A DNA stretch of 58,800 nucleotides, counting the filler. It is 4 parts of 4 records of this genome, joined end to end, with 100 filler letters (N's around TTAATTAATTAA, not from the genome) between each part and the next. Parts side by side here need not be neighbours in the genome. Positions count along the whole stretch, not along the records: positions 12,809 to 25,433 come from SRR22947725_1183; positions 25,534 to 30,584 come from SRR22947725_1185; positions 30,685 to 58,800 come from SRR22947725_1189; 1 more part is not named here. One strand, given 5' to 3'. The notes beneath the pieces were generated by a model. It made no database searches, was not told the origin of the DNA, and saw only the letters and a program-made list of their open reading frames with translations. A program made the translations under genes and the position numbers. Shown one piece after another: positions 21,264-31,261 of this stretch (position 1 is the first letter of the stretch; the number at the start of each line of letters is the position of its first letter).

Positions 21264-21752
21264 TCACTGAAAAATTTCTTTTAAGTAACGAAAGAGCTCT
21301 CTTTGATGCTTTTTTAATCGCTCTTGCTTAATTTCTTTTTGGGCATTGGTGACCAGACTTCTCAATCTTTGAATCTCAATACCTTCCATTTCGTTTACTA
21401 GGTTTGTTAAATTGGAAACATCCGTAATAAGTTTATCTCGCCAAACCTCTGCTTGATGATGCTTTCTTATTTCACTTTTAGATTCAAACTTTAATTGATC
21501 AACGAACTCGTAGGCCTTTGAAAGATCAATCCCTCTTAGTAATTTTGCTAAATATAAACTTTGTCTCTTTTGAGCTGAGCTTCTTTTAATATCCTTTAGA
21601 TCTTTAATTGCCACAATAATATTTTCAGGGAGTTCCATTTGGGCTATTTGTTTATCTGTCAAAGAGGCCAAAATTTTGCCAAAGGCGTGTACATCTTTAG
21701 CCTTTTTTTTAAGTGCCGTTTTACTGATTAAATTATCTATCATATCTATCAT
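21264..21752 (-). CDS. yjgA: ribosome biogenesis factor YjgA (DarP)
   Basis: SKTALKK, KRQ..YLAKLLR, EVWRDKL, RELF. Divergent from pmbA as is typical. Confidence 0.88.
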   Translation of the reverse strand: MIDMIDNLISKTALKKKAKDVHAFGKILASLTDKQIAQMELPENIIVAIKDLKDIKRSSAQKRQSLYLAKLLRGIDLSKAYEFVDQLKFESKSEIRKHHQAEVWRDKLITDVSNLTNLVNEMEGIEIQRLRSLVTNAQKEIKQERLKKHQRELFRYLKEIFQ

Positions 21753-21820
21753 TTAAAATTTAATACCAAATCTTCATTTTCATTATGTATCATATCATTT
21801 TAATAATTTTCAAATGTTGA

Positions 21821-23161
21821 ATGATTAAATTACTCAATTATTCCCAAGATGATTTATGTGAGTTAGCCGAAGACATAAATAAAATCGCTAAAGTCAGAGG
21901 TGCATCCGAATCAGATGTTGAAATTGATATTGATTCTGGCACTTCAGTATCAGTCAGATTAAAAAAACTAGAATCAGTTTCATTGAATAATGATAAAAGT
22001 TTGTCTATTACAGTATATTTTGGGAAGAAAAGAGGGGTAGCAACGACATCTGATTTTAGTAAAGAAGCAATATCATCTTGCATTGATGCTGCCTGCGATA
22101 TTGCGAAATTTACTGGTGAGGATAAGGCTTTCGGTCTCGCTAGTGCATCATTATTTCCAAAAAAAAAGATAGAGCTCGATTTATATTATCCATTTGAAGA
22201 ATCGCAAGATGAAATGATTAATTGTGCATTAGAGGCAGAGGAAGCGGCATTGGCATTTGATAAAAAAATAGATAATTCTGAAGGAGCTAATTTTAGCTCT
22301 TCAAAAAATCTATTTGTTCAGGCAAATTCAAATGGATTTTTAGGCGGGTTTCCATCTTCTCGACACACAATCAGTTGCTCTGTCATAGCGAAGGATAGTT
22401 CTGGGATGCAAAGGGATTACTGCTACAGTAATGCCCGTAAAATTTCTGACTTGAATCCCTTAAAAGAAGTTGGTGAAAGCTCTGCTAAAAGAGCCCTAAT
22501 GCGTTTGATGCCTAAGCGAATAAAAACAGGCAAATATCCTGTAATTTTTGAATCACGGGTAGCTACCTCTTTGCTTTCTTCTTTGGTTTCGGCAACGTCT
22601 GGAACAAACCAGTATCGTAAAACATCTTTTTTATTAGATTCACTTGATAATAAAATTGCCTCTGAAAGCCTCACGGTTCATGAAGACCCGTACTTAAAAA
22701 ATGGAAATGCTACAACCTATTTTGATGGGGATGGAGTTTTTGTGAAACCAAGAGTTGTTGTTGAAAAAGGTTTTTTGAAAGGTTATTTCTTGTCTTCGTA
22801 TAGTGCAAGAAGATTAAATATGGAAACAACGGGTAATGCCGGAGGCGCGCATAACTTAATAGCCAATCCGTCAAATCTTAATTTTGATGGGCTATTAAAA
22901 AAGATGAAAAGGGGATTGGTTGTTACAGAATTGCTTGGTCATGGTTTGAATATGGTGACAGGTGATTATTCTAGGGGTGTTGCAGGGTTTTGGGTGGAAG
23001 AAGGGACCATAATACATCCTGTTGAGGAGATAACCATAGCTGGGAATATGAAAGATATGCTGTTAAATATTTCTGATGTTGGTAATGATACGTATACGAA
23101 TGGTTCTGAATATATGGGTTCAGTATTAATCACTGATATGACTATTGCTGCTGGAGTTTAG
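21821..23161 (+). CDS. pmbA: metalloprotease PmbA (TldE)
   Basis: MQRDY, FDGDG, TGNAGG, TGDYSRG, EITIAGN. Confidence 0.95.
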   Translation: MIKLLNYSQDDLCELAEDINKIAKVRGASESDVEIDIDSGTSVSVRLKKLESVSLNNDKSLSITVYFGKKRGVATTSDFSKEAISSCIDAACDIAKFTGEDKAFGLASASLFPKKKIELDLYYPFEESQDEMINCALEAEEAALAFDKKIDNSEGANFSSSKNLFVQANSNGFLGGFPSSRHTISCSVIAKDSSGMQRDYCYSNARKISDLNPLKEVGESSAKRALMRLMPKRIKTGKYPVIFESRVATSLLSSLVSATSGTNQYRKTSFLLDSLDNKIASESLTVHEDPYLKNGNATTYFDGDGVFVKPRVVVEKGFLKGYFLSSYSARRLNMETTGNAGGAHNLIANPSNLNFDGLLKKMKRGLVVTELLGHGLNMVTGDYSRGVAGFWVEEGTIIHPVEEITIAGNMKDMLLNISDVGNDTYTNGSEYMGSVLITDMTIAAGV

Positions 23162-23172
23162 GCTTTTACTTT

Positions 23173-24066
23173 CTAAAGTGAGGAAATTAAATGTGATGCT
23201 AAAGGACGTTGGCTAGTTTTATTCTTCTCTTCAACAGAATTAAAGTCCTCAAAAAGTGATATGGAATCATCTTCTATTTGATTTTGATTATTTGATGTGT
23301 CGACAGCATCGTCCGTTGCATAATCAAAGGTATCGTCATCAGATAAATAATCTAAATATTTATCATAGTCAATTTCTTGTTTTCCAGCTATTTGAGCTTC
23401 ACGCATCTGTAGCCAAGAATCTCTCTGGAAAGCATAAGGATCTATTGACGCATCATCCATTAGGTTTGTTGCATCAAGAAGTTGAGCTCTTGTGTTGACA
23501 ATCTTACCAACATAAAGTGCATTTCTTAGTCTTACATTATCAATATAACCAATAGGATCAATGAACATTCCATCCACGACTAAACCCGTCCCATCTCTAA
23601 ATGTTGATGGACCAAACAAAGGTAATACTAAGTAGGCACTATCTCGCCATCCATAGCGTGCAAGTGTCGTTCCAAAATCTTCTTTGTTACGTTCCTTATA
23701 GTTATTTACATTGGTTGAAGAGACATCGATAAAACCTAATAAACCCACGGTTGTATTCACAATTACACGTCCTGCATCAGTCATGCCCTGTTCAAAATTA
23801 AGTTGCAGAAAACTATTAACTGCAGTTATGAAGTCTGTGATGTTGTTGTAAAAATTATTAACACCTTTTTTAGCTACATCGGGCGTGACATAGTTGTATC
23901 CCATCGCTATTGGCTTGAGAATGGCGCCATCAATGGTGTCGTTAAATTTATACACCCCCCGGTTAAAACCTTCATAAGGATCTTTGGGATTTTCTTCAGC
24001 TATAGCGATCGTTGCTGAAAAAAGAAGCGTTATTAGTATTAATTTAATGTATTTATTTATAATCAT
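23173..24066 (-). CDS. mlaA: MlaA/VacJ phospholipid-asymmetry protein
   Basis: DPYEGFNR, NTTVGLLG, EDFGTTL, YLVLPLFGPST, DPYAF, plus an acidic tail. Confidence 0.9.
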   Translation of the reverse strand: MIINKYIKLILITLLFSATIAIAEENPKDPYEGFNRGVYKFNDTIDGAILKPIAMGYNYVTPDVAKKGVNNFYNNITDFITAVNSFLQLNFEQGMTDAGRVIVNTTVGLLGFIDVSSTNVNNYKERNKEDFGTTLARYGWRDSAYLVLPLFGPSTFRDGTGLVVDGMFIDPIGYIDNVRLRNALYVGKIVNTRAQLLDATNLMDDASIDPYAFQRDSWLQMREAQIAGKQEIDYDKYLDYLSDDDTFDYATDDAVDTSNNQNQIEDDSISLFEDFNSVEEKNKTSQRPLASHLISSL

Positions 24067-24148
24067 ATTTCTCTATTATGTCATATTTGTTGCTTATTCA
24101 GGACGATTAATGATGATTTTTTTTATTAATGTTGCTAAAAAACAACAA

Positions 24149-25433
24149 TCATTTACACGCTTTATACATTGCTAGCGCTTTATCTCTTTGTTCGCTGTGG
24201 TCAATTATTGGAAAAGGGTAGTCCTCACCTAGCTTGATAGGGAAGGTATCGGTATTTTTTTCAAAATGCATCCAAGGCTGATGAATCTGTTTGGAAGATA
24301 ATGGTTCAAGTTGGGGAAGGTATTTTTTGATAAATAATCCATCCTTATCAAATTTTTCAGATTGAAGAATCGGATTAAAAATTCTAAAGTAAGGCTGAGA
24401 ATCACATCCAGTCGAAGCAGCCCACTGCCACCCTCCGTTATTGGCAGAAAAATCAAAGTCAATTAAATTATCCTGAAAATATTGTTCACCCCACCTCCAG
24501 TCGATTAATAAATCTTTTACTAAAAATGAAGAGACGATCATCCTTAGACGATTATGCATATAACCTGTTTGATTTATTTGTTTCATTGCTGCGTCAATAA
24601 TTGGGAACCCAGTTAAGCCATTTTTCCATGCCTCAAATTTCTTTTCATCATTTTCAAATTGCAAATTTTCAAACTGAGGTTTAAAGGATTTATTTTTTGA
24701 TACGTGGGGAAAGTTAGCAATAATCTGAAAATAAAAGTCCCGCCAAATTAATTCACTTAGCCAGGTTGAAGCGCCATCATTATCTGCTTCTATGGCCATT
24801 TTTGCTAGATGCCTAATTGAAAGTGTACCAAAACGATTATGAACAGATAAATAAGAAACTCCCCTAACAGCAGGATAGTTCCTACTTTTAGAATAAATTT
24901 TTATATTTTTATAAAATTTCTCTAGGAGTTTTTTACCACCGCTTGTTCCTGTAGGTAAGTCAAGTTCCTCTAAATTAGTTTTTTCAAATGAGAGCTCCTC
25001 TATTGATGGCAGTGGTTTATGAGTAAATTTTGCAAAATTACTTTTATGGTCTTCACATTTATATAAATCAATACCTTCTTCATTTAATTTTCTTAAATGG
25101 TTATTTTTGTAGGGTGTAAATACTGTGTATGGTTTGTTTGATTGCGTTAAAATTTCATCACACTCAAATAAAACTTGATCTTTAAAGGCGAAAGTTTTTA
25201 CTTGTTTTTTTGATAAAATTTCTGTGATCGAATTATCTCTCTCTTGAGCATACGCTTCGTAGTCTCTATTAATATATAGGGAGTCACATTTATACTCTTT
25301 TATTAAATTTGGTATTAGTGTTTCTGGCTCTCCTTTTTCAATTATTAAATCAGAACCTTGTTTGTTTAAATTTTCTTTAATTTCTTTGAGTGATTTAAGA
25401 ATAAATTCAATTCTTCGATCTTTTTTATTTTTA
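24149..25433 (-). CDS. phrB: deoxyribodipyrimidine (CPD) photolyase, 5'-truncated
   Basis: The frame is open from the linker to the stop at 24149 (PYTVFTPY, SYLSVHNRFG, ELIWRDF, TGFPIIDAAM, MHNRLRM, NNGGWQW, PYFRIFNP). The ORF track shows only the part after an internal ATG. Confidence 0.95.
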
Positions 25434-25533
25434 NNNNNNNNNNNNNNNNNNNNNNNNNNNNNNNNNNNNNNNNNNNNTTAATTAATTAANNNNNNNNNNN
25501 NNNNNNNNNNNNNNNNNNNNNNNNNNNNNNNNN
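25434..25533. other. artificial contig linker
   Basis: 44 N + TTAATTAATTAA + 44 N. Confidence 0.99.
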
Positions 25534-25552
25534 TTAATTCCCTTCGTTTCAT
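25534..25552 (-). CDS. 5' stub of a gene with a twin-arginine-like start (MKRREL...), cut by the linker
   Basis: ATG at 25552 preceded by a strong RBS GGGAGGA. Confidence 0.5.
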
Positions 25553-25570
25553 ATTATATCCTCCCATTTT

Positions 25571-25597
25571 AATTATTGAATATCATATTCAATAATT
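25571..25597. promoter_or_regulatory. perfect 13-1-13 inverted repeat, putative operator
   Basis: AATTATTGAATAT-C-ATATTCAATAATT immediately upstream of the RBS of the MKRREL gene. Confidence 0.5.
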
Positions 25598-25670
25598 TAG
25601 ATATAATATTTATTACTTATTAATAAAAATCAATACCTTTAGAAAAGATGAAAAATATTGTTTATTAATG

Positions 25671-27038
25671 CTAGTCTGAAGCTCTAAGTAATCCACCTAT
25701 CTCTTTTTTAGCAACTTTATTTGCTATCACAAATGAAAGTATCCAACCGCTTGATACTGCAGTCGCAATACCTAGCCATACACCCTGTACGTCAAAATTA
25801 AATATACTGATAAAAACCCAAACAAAGAATGCCACACCAAAACCTTGTCTGTAAATGCTTATATAAAGTGTCCAAATTGCTTTTTTGAATGCTTGAAGAA
25901 TTGAATTAATTGAAAAGAGCATCATGTATATTGGAAATAAGAATGCATCCACTCGTAAGTAGCTGCTTCCAGCGCGGATAACATCTGGATCATTTGTAAA
26001 AAGTGACATTGCAAAACTAGCTCCAAAGAGTAAAGCAGGAACGGCAACAATCGACATAACGAAACCCGCTTTCCAGCAATATTTAAGAGCAGACCTAACC
26101 CGTTCAAATTCTTTTGCACCAAAGTTCTGCCCGGCAATTGGCAACAAAGCACCGGTCATACCTAGTACGGGAAGTAAAAGAATTTGTTCAATTCTTAGTG
26201 CAACTCCATAAGCTGCGACTGCATGTCCACCGAATTGTTTTAAAGCAAATTGAACAACAAACCCAGATATGAACATTACCATCAATGCTGTACTAGCTGG
26301 TAATAGTTGTGAGAATATTTGTTTGAAAATATCTGTAGAGGGTAGAAACTCTGGTAGTTTTAGTGATTGCATTGCCTCTAATTGAAATATCCGAAACAAT
26401 ATAAATAACATTACGCAAGTCTGACTAATAATTGTTGCAGCGGCAATTCCATTGAATCCCATTCCTGGAAAATAACCAGGCACACCAAACATAAACAATG
26501 GGTTCAAAATAATGTTAGCTACAAATGCAAACATAAGTGCTCTTTGCATACTTAACGTATCACCATGAGCTTGAAGTATTCCATTGCCACCATAAGCAAT
26601 TAAAAAACCTGGCAATGCAAAAATTAGCCATCCAAAATATCCTAGCCCAGCATTTCTATAGGCTCCAGGTTCTGAGACTATTCCAATAAGTGTTGGGCCA
26701 ATAAAGCAACCAACTATCATAGATAACAATGTTAGAATTACGGCAAATGTAAGGCCTTGTGAAATGTATTGTCGAACTTGTGAAGTTTCACCACTACCCT
26801 TTGCATTGCTAACTAAGGCACTCAAAGCTGAACTCAGACCAAATCCAAGAGCCATAAGAATAAAAAATGCTTGATAGCCGATTGCCAGACCAGCTTGTGC
26901 ATCAGTAGACAATTTACCAGCAAAATAAACATCAACGACATTATACAAAGTTGCAAAAAGCATGCCTAAGGCTGCTGGAATTGCAAGCCTACGAAAGTGA
27001 AGTGCCATTGGCCCTTTTGTTAAATCATCTTTTTTCAT
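25671..27038 (-). CDS. MATE-family efflux transporter
   Basis: DLTKGP, YNVVD, NIILNP, GQNFGA, about 12 TMs. Confidence 0.93.
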   Translation of the reverse strand: MKKDDLTKGPMALHFRRLAIPAALGMLFATLYNVVDVYFAGKLSTDAQAGLAIGYQAFFILMALGFGLSSALSALVSNAKGSGETSQVRQYISQGLTFAVILTLLSMIVGCFIGPTLIGIVSEPGAYRNAGLGYFGWLIFALPGFLIAYGGNGILQAHGDTLSMQRALMFAFVANIILNPLFMFGVPGYFPGMGFNGIAAATIISQTCVMLFILFRIFQLEAMQSLKLPEFLPSTDIFKQIFSQLLPASTALMVMFISGFVVQFALKQFGGHAVAAYGVALRIEQILLLPVLGMTGALLPIAGQNFGAKEFERVRSALKYCWKAGFVMSIVAVPALLFGASFAMSLFTNDPDVIRAGSSYLRVDAFLFPIYMMLFSINSILQAFKKAIWTLYISIYRQGFGVAFFVWVFISIFNFDVQGVWLGIATAVSSGWILSFVIANKVAKKEIGGLLRASD

Positions 27039-27227
27039 AAGCAGGAGTATCTTTCTTAATTAGCAAATATGCTTAGCAGAAAAACCTACTGTAAAAAACT
27101 TACATATTCAGAATCTACTGGGATAATTGATATATATATTATATCAAATGTATACTTTTATATTTGAACCGGTTCTTTTATGAAAGTGGATTAATAGATA
27201 TATGAATATAATAGAATTTCACCATAC

Positions 27228-27779
27228 TTACTGTAGTGAAGCCTTCACTGCAGCTATAATTTTTGCTGACATTGGATTTGTTGTAGAGCCCCATGTCGCA
27301 GCTAGATTGCCATTTGAGTCAATAAGTACCTTATTAAAATTCCAGGATGGAACAAACCCAGTTTCATTTTTTAAGGCCTTATAGAATGGATGTGCTTGGT
27401 TGCCTTTGACACTTGTAGTAATGCTCATTGGCATATCAATACCATAAGTTAATTCACAAAATGCTTTTACAGCTTCATCAGTATCTAATTCTTGGTTGAA
27501 ATCATCAGACGGTACAGCAATCATTTGAAGGCCCTGTTCATGGAAGCGATCATAAAGTTTCTGTAATGGAGCATATTGTCGTGTAAAACCACATTTCGAG
27601 GCTGTATTTACTATTAAATAAGGTTTCCCAATCCAATCATTGGTATCAATGATACCCCCATCAATTGAATCGAATGTGGTATAAGGAATATCTGCCTCAG
27701 CCTTGCCAGAGGATAATACTGGTGCAAATGACAATCCAAACATAATTATATATCTCAAGTTATTTTTTAATAATTTCAT
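27228..27779 (-). CDS. glutathione peroxidase (Cys type, signal peptide)
   Basis: VNTASKCGFT, PSDDF.QE, PSWNFNK. Confidence 0.93.
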   Translation of the reverse strand: MKLLKNNLRYIIMFGLSFAPVLSSGKAEADIPYTTFDSIDGGIIDTNDWIGKPYLIVNTASKCGFTRQYAPLQKLYDRFHEQGLQMIAVPSDDFNQELDTDEAVKAFCELTYGIDMPMSITTSVKGNQAHPFYKALKNETGFVPSWNFNKVLIDSNGNLAATWGSTTNPMSAKIIAAVKASLQ

Positions 27780-27942
27780 ATAATCTTTACGTACTAAATA
27801 TACATTTAGATCATAAATTATAAAAAATAAAAATTTACCATTAGATAAATTTTTTTTATTAAAGTATAATCATATTTCAGATAATTTATTTTATAACTTA
27901 AAATAGCAAAAAAATAGAAATAAAATTTTTAAAAGGTGGTTA

Positions 27943-28818
27943 ATGATACTTAATTTTGGATCTATTAACATTGATAATGTTTACCAGGTTGATCGTTTTC
28001 CTCTTGATGGTGAAACTATCTCTTCGAAATCTTATGAAAAGATTTTAGGTGGAAAGGGTATAAACCAATCAGTTGCGATTCACCGCGCTGGTGGCGATGT
28101 AAAGCATGTTGGCTACATTGGTGATGATACCTGGATACTTGATCAAGTTTCAAAAATGGGCATAAAAACAGATTTTATTTCCAAATGTTATGGTCCAACT
28201 GGCCACGCAATTATTTTTGTAGATGCCGCTGGAGAAAATGAAATTGTTATACACGCTGGGGCTAATGATCAATTTAGCAAATCACAATGCTTTAAGATTC
28301 TAGAAAGCTTTGGTTCAAAAGATTCTTGGGTGGTTTTACAAAACGAAATTAATTTATCTATTGAGATAGCTAAAAAGGCTAAAGAGTTAGGATTTAGAAT
28401 TTGCTACAGCGCCGCACCTTTTGATGCATCGCATGCCAAAGAAATGTTATCGTACGTTGATTTATTAGTAATGAATGAAACAGAATTGAAAGAGTTGCAA
28501 AATTCAATTGATAAGAATGTTTTCGACTTAGATGTTGATATGATTTTGGTCACCTTGGGATCACGTGGTGCCGAATTACATATGAAAAATAATACTTACA
28601 AGCAATCTAGCTTTATTGCAGAGCCAGTAGATACTACTGGTGCTGGGGATACTTTTTTGGGGTCGTTTATGGCATGTTATGACAATGGATACGAAATTAA
28701 GAAAGCGTTAGAATATGCTGCAGCTTCGTCATCAATTCAAATAACTCGGAATGGGGCGGCTAAAGCAATTCCAACATTTGATGAAGTTGAAGAATTTTTA
28801 AGTGAGCAAAAAAAATGA
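27943..28818 (+). CDS. rbsK: ribokinase (PfkB family)
   Basis: GSINID, GGKGINQ, LQNE, NETE, DTTGAGDTF. Confidence 0.88.
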   Translation: MILNFGSINIDNVYQVDRFPLDGETISSKSYEKILGGKGINQSVAIHRAGGDVKHVGYIGDDTWILDQVSKMGIKTDFISKCYGPTGHAIIFVDAAGENEIVIHAGANDQFSKSQCFKILESFGSKDSWVVLQNEINLSIEIAKKAKELGFRICYSAAPFDASHAKEMLSYVDLLVMNETELKELQNSIDKNVFDLDVDMILVTLGSRGAELHMKNNTYKQSSFIAEPVDTTGAGDTFLGSFMACYDNGYEIKKALEYAAASSSIQITRNGAAKAIPTFDEVEEFLSEQKK

Positions 28819-29741
28819 AGTGCCAAAAAATAATAATAGATACTGATCCTGGCATTGATGACGCAATGGCAATATTTTTTGCAGGATTGTCTGACAAGTT
28901 AGATCTAGTTGCTATGACAAGTGTTTTTGGAAATGTTACTTTGGATATTGCCACACGTAATGCTATGGTTTTGGCTGAAATTTTGAAACAGAAAATACCG
29001 GTATCAAGAGGATTTTCAAAACCATTAGTGCAGATACCAAACCCAGTTTCAGATTATGTTCATGGAGAAGAAGGCTTTGGAGATATCCCAGCACGTAAGC
29101 CTAAATCAAAAGAGTTAAGTTTACCCGCACATGAATATATCTGTGATTTGATAAATGCCAATGTTGGAGAAATAATATTATGTCCTGTGGGACCTCTCAC
29201 AAATATCGCCATGGCTTTGCGCCATGATCCCACAATTGCGGCAAAAGTAAAATCTATTGTTATAATGGGGGGTGGTGTATTTTCAGGTGGAAATGTAACT
29301 GAGTATGCTGAAGCTAATATTTGGAATGATCCTCATGCTGCTGACGAGGTGTTTGCAGCTGATTGGGAAGTTACTGTTATAGGTCTTGACGTAACGCAAA
29401 AGGTAGTCTGTGCTCATTCAGAGTTTTCAGAATTAGCAAGAAAAGCACCTATTATTGGCGGTTTTTTAGAGCAAGCAACAGATTTTTATATTAAATTCTA
29501 TAAAGAAGCTGCTGGGATTGATGGCTGCCAAATGCATGATCCAATAACTGTTGTGGCAACAATATATCCTGACTTATTTAAATATGAATACCATCCAATT
29601 GAAGTTTGTTTGGAGTTGCCTCGGATAGGTGAGACAATAATTTGCAAAGATAAAAAACGTCGACTAGCAAAAATTGCTGTTGATGTAGATATTGACGCGG
29701 TGAAGAAAATATTTTTTGATACTATTGAAACTGGATTTTAG
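28815..29741 (+). CDS. inosine/uridine-preferring nucleoside hydrolase
   Basis: DTDPGIDD, VHG, GPLTN, AEANIWNDP, MHD. Confidence 0.93.
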   Translation: MKCQKIIIDTDPGIDDAMAIFFAGLSDKLDLVAMTSVFGNVTLDIATRNAMVLAEILKQKIPVSRGFSKPLVQIPNPVSDYVHGEEGFGDIPARKPKSKELSLPAHEYICDLINANVGEIILCPVGPLTNIAMALRHDPTIAAKVKSIVIMGGGVFSGGNVTEYAEANIWNDPHAADEVFAADWEVTVIGLDVTQKVVCAHSEFSELARKAPIIGGFLEQATDFYIKFYKEAAGIDGCQMHDPITVVATIYPDLFKYEYHPIEVCLELPRIGETIICKDKKRRLAKIAVDVDIDAVKKIFFDTIETGF

Positions 29742-29752
29742 GAGCTTACTAA

Positions 29753-30584
29753 ATGGCTGAATTTGAAATATTGGCAATTGGATTAGATGAGGCTGATGCA
29801 CCAGCTAAATTTGCGAAATCTTTTCGAGAAACAGGATTTGCAATAATTAAAGACCATAATATCAGTTCGGATGAAATAGACCGAATGTATGGAGTTTGGA
29901 CAGATTTCTTTGCAAGTGATGAAGGCCCAAGTTTTGCAGTAAAACCTGGTGAATCAGCTGGGTATTTTGGATATAAATCAGAAAATGCAAAAGGTAGTGC
30001 AAATAAAGATTTAAAGGAATTTTTTCACGCTTACCAAAATAAAGAACTACCAAAGGTCACAGAAAAAGAAACGCGTGAATTCCAGGATAAGCTTATCAAT
30101 ATGGGCTCAACCTTGTTAGGTTGGTTGGATCAAGAATCTGTAGATGTTTTGAGTTTCTCAGAGCCTTTAGAAAATATGATTAATGGAAGTGATATGAATT
30201 TACTTCGCATTATCCACTATCCACCATTGCCAGATGATGTTGAGCCGGGAGAAGTTCGTGCAGCCGCCCATGAAGATATAAATCTCATTACATTATTAGT
30301 AACTGGGACTGAACCGGGATTACAAGCAAAAGACGTAAATGGAAACTGGCATGATGTGCCTTGCAAACCTGGATATATTACAGTGAATTCTGGAGATATG
30401 TTATCAATGGCGAGCAAAGGGCATTATCCATCGACACCTCACCGTGTTGTGAATCCACCTAAGCAAGAAAATAGATCGCGATACTCGATGCCACTTTTTG
30501 TTCATCCGCGACCTGATGTTTTATTGGATAAAATGACGGCAGGTGAATTTTTAGATGAACGATTAAAAGAAATTGGGTTGAAAT
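29753..30584 (+). CDS. isopenicillin-N-synthase-family 2OG-Fe(II) oxygenase (stop cut by linker)
   Basis: DLKEFF, LRIIHYPP, HED...H facial triad (AHEDIN, STPHRV), RYS. Confidence 0.9.
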
Positions 30585-30684
30585 NNNNNNNNNNNNNNNN
30601 NNNNNNNNNNNNNNNNNNNNNNNNNNNNTTAATTAATTAANNNNNNNNNNNNNNNNNNNNNNNNNNNNNNNNNNNNNNNNNNNN
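30585..30684. other. artificial contig linker
   Basis: 44 N + TTAATTAATTAA + 44 N. Confidence 0.99.
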
Positions 30685-30685
30685 G

Positions 30686-30772
30686 AAGGATTATAATTTT
30701 CAAAATAATGTATCCTTAGATCAGGGGATAAAGGAATTTATTAGCTGGTATAAATTATATCATAAAGTTTGA
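30686..30772 (+). CDS. 3' end of NAD-dependent nucleotide-sugar epimerase (UDP-glucuronate 4-epimerase-like)
   Basis: KDYNFQNNVSLDQGIKEFISWYKLYHKV* is a typical extended-SDR C-terminus. Confidence 0.65.
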   Translation, partial: KDYNFQNNVSLDQGIKEFISWYKLYHKV

Positions 30773-30891
30773 TTTAATGGATAATTATTAAAATGCTAGA
30801 TATTATGATGTCTTGTATATATAAATAGAAATTAAATTAAATTTGAGCTTTTAAAACTTAAGATTATAATTCAATTAATAATGTGATTGAC

Positions 30892-30949
30892 AACAGCGAA
30901 GCTGTTAAAAAAACTAAAGTTTAAAAATTAGGGACTACCGGTGGTAGTC
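30892..30949 (+). promoter_or_regulatory. ops-like leader hairpins ahead of the polysaccharide operon
   Basis: AACAGC-GAA-GCTGTT (30892-30906, core GCGAAGC) and GACTACC-GGT-GGTAGTC (30933-30949) are GC-rich hairpins in an AT-rich leader. Confidence 0.4.
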
Positions 30950-30981
30950 GAGAAAAAATGAAAGTTTAAAGATAAAAATAA

Positions 30982-31173
30982 ATGAATATTACCGTTATAG
31001 GATCTGGATATGTTGGGTTAGTTTCAGGGACTTGTTTTGCAGAGATGGGAAACAGGGTTACTTGTGTAGATATAGATCCGGTAAAGATTGAAAAACTAAA
31101 CCAAGGAATCATTCCCATTTTTGAACCAGGTTTAGAAACCATGGTGTTAAAAAACGTAAATATTTCACTGTAA
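30982..31173 (+). pseudogene. ugd: UDP-glucose 6-dehydrogenase, N-terminal 63 aa only
   Basis: [23 protein letters not shown], then a stop. No remaining ugd sequence before the next gene. Confidence 0.85.
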
Positions 31174-31261
31174 AGAAAAATTTTCTTTAATTTAAATTTA
31201 ATTGTTAAAGTTTTAAATTTACTTTTAGTCTATAATTATTAATAAGAAAAATATAAAGTTT

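Noticed and set aside
24800-25433. Apparent ORF-free gap or frameshifted photolyase
   Set aside because: Manual translation shows the phrB frame is open to the contig edge. The ORF caller simply lacked an upstream start codon.
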